The position numbers and the translations under genes were made by a program. 32,000 nucleotides of DNA from Candidatus Lokiarchaeum ossiferum. Its GTDB lineage: Archaea > Asgardarchaeota > Lokiarchaeia > Sigyniarchaeales > Promethearchaeaceae. Of the stretch, positions 27,269 through 32,000 are shown one piece after another (position 1 is the first letter of the stretch; each line of letters opens with the position of its first letter). The stretch spans positions 5,520,001 through 5,552,000 of the forward strand of contig CP104013.1 in NCBI GenBank assembly GCA_025839675.1. The letters are read 5' to 3'. The notes under the pieces are model-generated. The model saw only the letters and a program-made list of their open reading frames with translations, was not told the DNA's origin and ran no database searches.

Positions 27269-28858
27269 TTATTTTTCATTTCGGGGTTGTCTTGAGTTAT
27301 CTCTGCGCGGACCGTCTCTTTTAGGTGCACTTTTATTGGGGGGTCTCCGATCAGATCTGCCATCACGTCGCGGGAAACTTCCTTCTCGTCGTGGAGCATT
27401 TCTTCGAGGTGCATCACGTCGCGGGCCATCTCTATTGTAAGGGCGTCGCGGGGAACTTCCTTCTCGTCGTGGGGCATCTCTTCGAGGGCCATCGCGTCGG
27501 GGGCCATCTCTATTATAGGGGCGTCGGTCGGAACTTCCTTCTCGTCGTGGGGCATCTCTTCGAGGACCATCACGTCGCGGACCATCTCTATTATAAGGGC
27601 GTCGGTCGGAACTTCCTTCTCGTCGTGGGGCATCTCTTCGAGGACCATCACGTCGTGGACCATCTCTATTATAAGGGCGTCGGTCGGAACTCCCATCTCG
27701 TCGTGGGGCATCTCTTCGAGGACCATCACGTCGCGGACCATCTCTATTATAAGGGCGTCGGTCGGAACTTCCTTCTCGTCGTGGGGCATCTCTTCGAGGA
27801 CCATCACGTCGCGGACCATCTCTATTATAAGGGCGTCGATCGGAACTTCCTTCTCGTCGTGGGGCATCTCTTCGAGGACCATCACGTCGCGGACCATCTC
27901 TATTATAAGGGCGTCGATCGGAACTTCCTTCTCGTCGTGGGGCATCTCTTCGAGGACCATCACGTCGCGGACCATCTCTATTATAGGGGCGTCGGTCGGA
28001 ACTTCCTTCTCGTCGTGGGGCATCTCTTCGAGGACCATCACGTCGCGGACCATCTCTATTATAGGGGCGTCGGTCGGAACTTCCTTCTCGTCGTGGGGCA
28101 TCTCTTCGAGGACCATCACGTCGCGGACCATCTCTATTATAAGGGCGTCGGTCGGAACTCCCTTCTCGTCGTGGGGCATCTCTTCGAGGACCATCACGTC
28201 GCGGACCATCTCTATTATAAGGGCGTCGCTGGGAACTTCCTTCTCGTCGTGGAGCATCTCTTCGAGGACCATCGCGTCGATTATAAGTGCGTTTTTCTGA
28301 ATAATCAATTTTTTTTTCAAATTTGAAAGGTTTTTCTTTCCTTTCTCGATTCATTGGTCCACGTTCAGAAGTAATTTCTCGTCGATCCTGATTACTTCTA
28401 GGTCCAAATACTTTTTTCTTCTTTTCAGGTTCAATTTCTGAGTCAGAAGATCCTAAAGTTTCAGAAGAAGCGGAAGAATTAGTTATTGGGGTCATTTTCT
28501 CTGTTGATGGTACAATTTCAGGTTTGGCTACAGTTACAACTTTTTTAACTTTAATTGGTCTGAATGTTGTAGGGTATTGCTTTCCGTATTTATTATGAAT
28601 CGTACTTCCCTTGATTTTCTTCTTTGAAATTATAAAATATGTGTCTTTGATGTCTAAAATGAATACTTTCATGTTATTTCTAACATTTTGCAAATAAAAT
28701 TTTAAATTACGGGGACAATCATCATTAATTTGGACTTTAATCATTTTATTTTGATTAAAATGTGTGAGGATCAACGCAGTCGCATCTTCGAAAGAAAGTG
28801 ATGCATCAATTATAATCTTTGGAGGTTCTTCTTGCGTTTGCTGAAACAATTTTTCCAT
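27269..28858 (-). CDS. Protein with an unrecognised ~100-aa N-terminal domain, a Ser/Thr/Glu/Lys-rich linker, and ~12 tandem Arg-rich 26-aa repeats (PYNRDGPRRDGPRRDAPRREGSSDRR)
   Basis: ATG at 28858. It is the only one of the three open frames across the array with a non-repetitive N-terminal extension and an ATG. Inter-unit substitutions are almost all synonymous in this frame. Confidence 0.8.
   Translation of the reverse strand: MEKLFQQTQEEPPKIIIDASLSFEDATALILTHFNQNKMIKVQINDDCPRNLKFYLQNVRNNMKVFILDIKDTYFIISKKKIKGSTIHNKYGKQYPTTFRPIKVKKVVTVAKPEIVPSTEKMTPITNSSASSETLGSSDSEIEPEKKKKVFGPRSNQDRREITSERGPMNRERKEKPFKFEKKIDYSEKRTYNRRDGPRRDAPRREGSSQRRPYNRDGPRRDGPRRDAPRREGSSDRRPYNRDGPRRDGPRRDAPRREGSSDRRPYNRDGPRRDGPRRDAPRREGSSDRRPYNRDGPRRDGPRRDAPRREGSSDRRPYNRDGPRRDGPRRDAPRREGSSDRRPYNRDGPRRDGPRRDAPRREGSSDRRPYNRDGPRRDGPRRDAPRRDGSSDRRPYNRDGPRRDGPRRDAPRREGSSDRRPYNRDGPRRDGPRRDAPRREGSSDRRPYNRDGPRRDGPRRDAPRREGSSPRRPYNRDGPRRDAPRRNAPRREGSFPRRDGRSDRRPPNKSAPKRDGPRRDNSRQPRNEK
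27349..28297. repeat. 78-bp tandem repeat array, about 12 copies
   Basis: Eleven unit starts (catctctatt) fall at 27427, 27505, 27583, 27661, 27739, 27817, 27895, 27973, 28051, 28129 and 28207, exactly 78 bp apart. There is one degenerate unit on the left (27349-27426) and a partial one on the right. The consensus unit has 44 of 78 G+C. Confidence 0.95.
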
Positions 28859-29066
28859 TATATTTCATAAAAATGAATGCACCATTCCTTTATTCTTTTG
28901 TCATTAAGTTCGATTCAAGGGCGTTTTCACTTATATATTTTGCAATCCATTTAATTTGCTATTGGGGAAATTGATCTTTCGAAAATTTTTTTTTGCTCAT
29001 TATATCCAAACGATGAAATTATGGTGTGGTTTTTTGATGAAAATTAATTGTTATGACAACCTTTTG

Positions 29067-29093
29067 TTTACAAAAATTTAAATTTTGTAAAAA
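29067..29093. promoter_or_regulatory. Imperfect AT-rich palindrome in the htpG upstream region
   Basis: TTTACAAAAATTT / AAATTTTGTAAA has arms of ~12 nt with one extra A. It lies 40-67 nt upstream of the htpG ATG and overlaps a TATA-like tract. Confidence 0.3.
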
Positions 29094-29133
29094 CTTATTT
29101 TACTCAACAAAATTTACAATAGGTTAAAAAAAT

Positions 29134-31389
29134 ATGAGTCCTGAAGATAAATTTGAATTTAAAGCAGAAATTAAGAAACTCTTGTATATTCTTTCCCAAA
29201 GTTTGTATAAACACAAAGAAATCTTTATTCGGGAATTAGTGAGTAATTCTGCCGACGCATTGAAGAAATTACATTTCTTAACTCTCCAAAAAACGGAGAT
29301 CGAAAATCCGGATCTAGAAAAGCGTATAGATATTATCGTTGATGCGAAAGAGCATCTCTTGACTATTAGAGATACTGGAATTGGTATGACTAAGGATGAT
29401 TTGGTTAGTAATTTGGGGACCATCGCTGGTAGCGGTTCAGAAAAATTCATGGAAAAGATAAAAGAATCCCAAGAAAAATCAGAAAATGGTGGTGTTGATT
29501 TAGACATTATTGGGCAATTTGGAGTTGGTTTCTACTCCGTTTTTATGGTAGCTGAAAAAGTGGAAGTCATTACTAAATCCTATCTTAAAGATGAACAATC
29601 TTATCGTTGGGTATCGGATGGATCTGGAGAATTTACTATTACTGAAGCAGATAAAGAAGAACGTGGAACGGAAATAATTATTCATTTACGTGAAGAAGAA
29701 AATGACTACAAAAACCAATATCAAATTGAATCTGTTATAAAGAAATATTCCAACTTTGTTCCTTTCCCAATTTATGTCACCGAAATCAAAGAAGAAACTG
29801 AAGAAGAGACCAAAGAAAAGACAAAACAGGTCTTGGATGCTGATGTGATTGATGATCAGGATACAGACGATGAAACTAAAACTGTCGATGTGGAAGATTC
29901 TGAATCTTTGGAAGAAGATGAAAAAGAAGATGATACTCCCAAGCCAGTAAATGAATTGCGACCAATTTGGGGTAGAAACAAAAACGAAATCACAGATGAA
30001 GATTATACTAATTTCTACCATTTCATTTCAAAACGTTTTGACAATTATCGTCATGTTATCAATTATAAAGTTGAAGGACAGATCCAATTTCATTCTATAA
30101 TCTACATTCCAGAAACTAAATCACAAGATTTAATGCGTCCAGAAGCCGAACATGGATTTGGTTTGTTTTCAAAAAATGTGATGATTATGGAAAAATGCCA
30201 AGATTTGATGCCCCAATGGATGCGTTTTGCAGTTGGAATGGTAGATTCTGAAGATATTCCATTAAATGTTAGTCGGGACACTATCCAAAGTAATCGTAAA
30301 ATGATGAAAATGGAAACCATGTTGGTGAAGAAGTTCATCAAAGAACTTGAATCCTTAGCAGAAAATGAAGAAGAAAAATATCTCAAAATTTGGAATGAAT
30401 ATGGTACATTCTTCAAGGAAGGCGTTGTTTCCGATCAGATTCGCAAGGATAAACTACTTCCCCTCCTAAGATTCAAATCTTCAAAAACTCCACACGATAA
30501 AATGATTGGTTTAGATACATACATCAAAAATATGGCTGAAGATCAAACAGAAATTTACTATCTTGTTGGGGAAAATATTGATACAATGCGGTTATCTCCT
30601 CATTTAGGGTATTATAATCAAAAGGGATATGATGTATTATTGCTCAATGAAGTCATTGACAACTTTTTAATGATGAACGTTCCTGATTATACTACTACAA
30701 TTGGCGAAGGAGACGATGCTGAGGATAAATTATTCAAATTTACTCCTATAGATGTGACCGAAAAAGATAAATCTGCCGATGGGGATAAAAAAGAAGGTGA
30801 AGACAGCAAAGAAGAAGAAACAAAAGAAGAAGATATTGATTTACCTGAAGAATCTAAAAAATTCTTAGAATTTGTGAAGGAAACCTTAGGGTCTAAGATT
30901 ATAGATTCAAAAATGTCTAAACGTTTATATTCCAATGCTTACCGATTAGCAAATCCTGCAGGTGGAATGACTTCTAGCATGCAACGAGCAATGCGTTATT
31001 GGACTCAATCGAACATGGGAAAAGATTTTCAAGTACCTCAAAAAATTCTCGAGTTCAATCCCGACCATCCAACTGTGCAAGGATTAGTGGAGTTATATTC
31101 CAAAGATCCCGAAAATGGTAAATTAAAGCCGATTATTAATCAATTATTTGAAAATTGTTTGCTTGCAGAAGGTGATTTGCCTAATCCATCATTAATGGTA
31201 CCCCGATTGAATCAATTAATTGAAATGATGATCACCGGGAAAGATGATGTCGAAAATATGGCTGAAACTATGGCTCCAAAAGAAGAACCTGCTGGAGAAA
31301 AACCTTCCAAAGAAGAACCAACCAAAGAAGAACCAACCAAAGAAGAACCAACCAAAGAAGAAGGGACAAAAACTGAACAAGAGAGTTAG
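29134..31389 (+). CDS. htpG: Hsp90-family chaperone HtpG with long acidic insertions
   Basis: Motifs: ELVSNSADALKK, RDTGIGMT, GQFGVGFYS, PIWGRNKNEITDEDY, DIPLNVSRD and ILEFNPDHP. ATG at 29134. Confidence 0.95.
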   Translation: MSPEDKFEFKAEIKKLLYILSQSLYKHKEIFIRELVSNSADALKKLHFLTLQKTEIENPDLEKRIDIIVDAKEHLLTIRDTGIGMTKDDLVSNLGTIAGSGSEKFMEKIKESQEKSENGGVDLDIIGQFGVGFYSVFMVAEKVEVITKSYLKDEQSYRWVSDGSGEFTITEADKEERGTEIIIHLREEENDYKNQYQIESVIKKYSNFVPFPIYVTEIKEETEEETKEKTKQVLDADVIDDQDTDDETKTVDVEDSESLEEDEKEDDTPKPVNELRPIWGRNKNEITDEDYTNFYHFISKRFDNYRHVINYKVEGQIQFHSIIYIPETKSQDLMRPEAEHGFGLFSKNVMIMEKCQDLMPQWMRFAVGMVDSEDIPLNVSRDTIQSNRKMMKMETMLVKKFIKELESLAENEEEKYLKIWNEYGTFFKEGVVSDQIRKDKLLPLLRFKSSKTPHDKMIGLDTYIKNMAEDQTEIYYLVGENIDTMRLSPHLGYYNQKGYDVLLLNEVIDNFLMMNVPDYTTTIGEGDDAEDKLFKFTPIDVTEKDKSADGDKKEGEDSKEEETKEEDIDLPEESKKFLEFVKETLGSKIIDSKMSKRLYSNAYRLANPAGGMTSSMQRAMRYWTQSNMGKDFQVPQKILEFNPDHPTVQGLVELYSKDPENGKLKPIINQLFENCLLAEGDLPNPSLMVPRLNQLIEMMITGKDDVENMAETMAPKEEPAGEKPSKEEPTKEEPTKEEPTKEEGTKTEQES
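31309..31362 (+). repeat. 15-bp tandem repeat (aaagaagaaccaacc, about 3.5 copies) encoding (KEEPT)n at the HtpG C-terminus
   Basis: Three identical units lie at 31309-31323, 31324-31338 and 31339-31353, followed by a partial unit. Confidence 0.85.
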
Positions 31390-31398
31390 TTTCAGTTC

Positions 31399-31418
31399 TA
31401 TTTTTTTTATTTCTTTTT
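31399..31418 (+). terminator. Oligo-T tracts after htpG
   Basis: The sequence tattttttttatttcttttt begins 10 nt after the stop at 31389. Confidence 0.45.
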
Positions 31419-31478
31419 CACTCGCACCTCATAAAACGATATTCAAACATTTAAATTAGTTTAGTATAAAATCAAATC

Positions 31479-32000
31479 ATGAAGATATTATATTTGAATG
31501 GAAGTCCCAAAGGAGATAATAGTGTTACATTGCAGTATTTATTATATCTCAAGAAAAAATTTCCAGATCATGATTATAAAGTCTGGCATATTGCCCAAAA
31601 AATAAAATCGATTGAAAAACAGCCCGATTTATTCCAAGAAATTTTAAAGGATGTGAAATCTGCTGAAGGTATAATCTGGGGATTTCCACTCTATTGTCTT
31701 TTATTGCCCAGTCAGTTTAAGCGATTCATTGAACTTATTTTTGAAGGAGGGAAAGATGTTCAAGATAAATTCAAAGGAAAATACACTGTAGCGCTTAGTA
31801 CTAGCATTCATTTTTATGATCATACTTGTCACAATTATATGCAAGCAATTTGTGATGATTTAGACATGAAATATGTTGGGAAATTTTCTGCAGACACATG
31901 GGACATTTTAAATCGGAAAAATCGACCCACATGGTTAGCTTTTGGTAAAAAGTTTTTTTCTGCGATCCAAGATACAAAACCAACAATAAAAAGCTTTATG
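31479..32000 (+). CDS. Flavodoxin-like fold / NAD(P)H-dependent FMN reductase family protein. The 3' end runs off the right edge of the window
   Basis: Absent from the track because there is no stop in the window. Hand translation from the ATG at 31479 gives MKILYLNGSPKGDNSVTLQYLL...AEGIIWGFPLYCLLLPSQFKRFIELIF, open for all 174 codons to base 32000. The LNGSPK and P-x-Y patterns fit this family. Confidence 0.7.
   Translation, partial: MKILYLNGSPKGDNSVTLQYLLYLKKKFPDHDYKVWHIAQKIKSIEKQPDLFQEILKDVKSAEGIIWGFPLYCLLLPSQFKRFIELIFEGGKDVQDKFKGKYTVALSTSIHFYDHTCHNYMQAICDDLDMKYVGKFSADTWDILNRKNRPTWLAFGKKFFSAIQDTKPTIKSFM

Noticed and set aside
27349-28297. Could the regular 78-bp repeats be a CRISPR array?
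   Set aside because: The units are directly contiguous with no spacers. The period equals the unit length. The array lies inside a long ORF with a synonymous-biased substitution pattern. No cas genes or leader are present.
27259-28326. Track ORFs in alternative frames across the array: 27259-28320 (-), 27325-28326 (+) and 27252-27440 (+)
   Set aside because: They are open only because the GC-rich unit lacks stops in those frames. They have no non-repetitive N-terminal part or convincing ATG (27259-28320 starts at a TTG inside the A9 run). Inter-unit substitutions are non-synonymous in them (T/I, L/P, K/M, R/H) but synonymous in the 529-aa frame.
29034-29039. A UGAUGA C-box-like word in the htpG upstream region as a C/D box sRNA
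   Set aside because: No CUGA D box or second C'/D' pair lies within the expected 50-70 nt on either strand.
4543-31986. The remaining short tracked ORFs nested in or antisense to large genes (for example 4543-4800, 4680-4922, 5567-5878, 6012-6194, 7613-7804, 7972-8172, 8661-8873, 9000-9218, 9661-9864, 10974-11270, 11404-11604, 11801-12034, 12192-12380, 12812-13036, 14584-14769, 16847-17053, 17881-18102, 19020-19220, 22325-22666, 26665-27048, 29124-29507, 29500-29685, 29686-30021, 30102-30416, 30687-30935, 31244-31459, 31801-31986)
   Set aside because: Each lies entirely within, or overlaps, a longer ORF with recognisable family motifs. They have low-complexity or hydrophobic shadow-frame composition and no independent start or ribosome-binding-site support.

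Overview
AT-rich, gene-dense prokaryotic window. I support 25 protein-coding genes and one gene fragment. I saw no rRNA, tRNA, CRISPR array, transposase or integrase. TTTATA-type boxes, oligo-T tracts after genes, GGTGAT/GGAGG ribosome-binding sites, sequon-rich surface proteins and a NOL1/NOP2/Sun methyltransferase suggest an archaeon, perhaps Asgard/Loki-like. That assignment is inference only. All family calls come from motifs read by eye, with no database search. Layout, left to right: (1) three secreted, C-terminally anchored surface-protein genes (1-6435), one bracketed by a diverged duplicate of the 3' end of the neighbouring m5C RNA methyltransferase gene; (2) methyltransferase, MFS transporter and a zinc-ribbon membrane protein; (3) an amino-acid metabolism block: aminotransferase, an unknown Cys-free 420-aa protein, two tandem double-Lrp/AsnC-like paralogs, a CGGC protein, thrH, thrC, a threonine/serine dehydratase and a C-N hydrolase; (4) a GH36-like alpha-galactosidase; (5) a 7-TM protein convergent with a small soluble protein, next to a tightly coupled HD / nucleotidyltransferase / PAP2 gene string; (6) a protein whose C-terminal half is a GC-rich 78-bp tandem array encoding an Arg-rich 26-aa repeat; (7) htpG with acidic insertions, and a truncated flavodoxin-like gene. 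Most interesting: the repeat protein; an 85-nt promoter/leader element shared by the thrC operon and the unknown-protein/aminotransferase operon, with the Lrp-like pair lying between them; the methyltransferase 3'-end duplication scar; the 7-TM/small-protein pair; the HD-NTase-PAP2 string; and an untracked 56-aa Cys-rich ORF. The supplied track often takes the longest TTG/GTG-initiated ORF, so I moved several starts to the first ATG.
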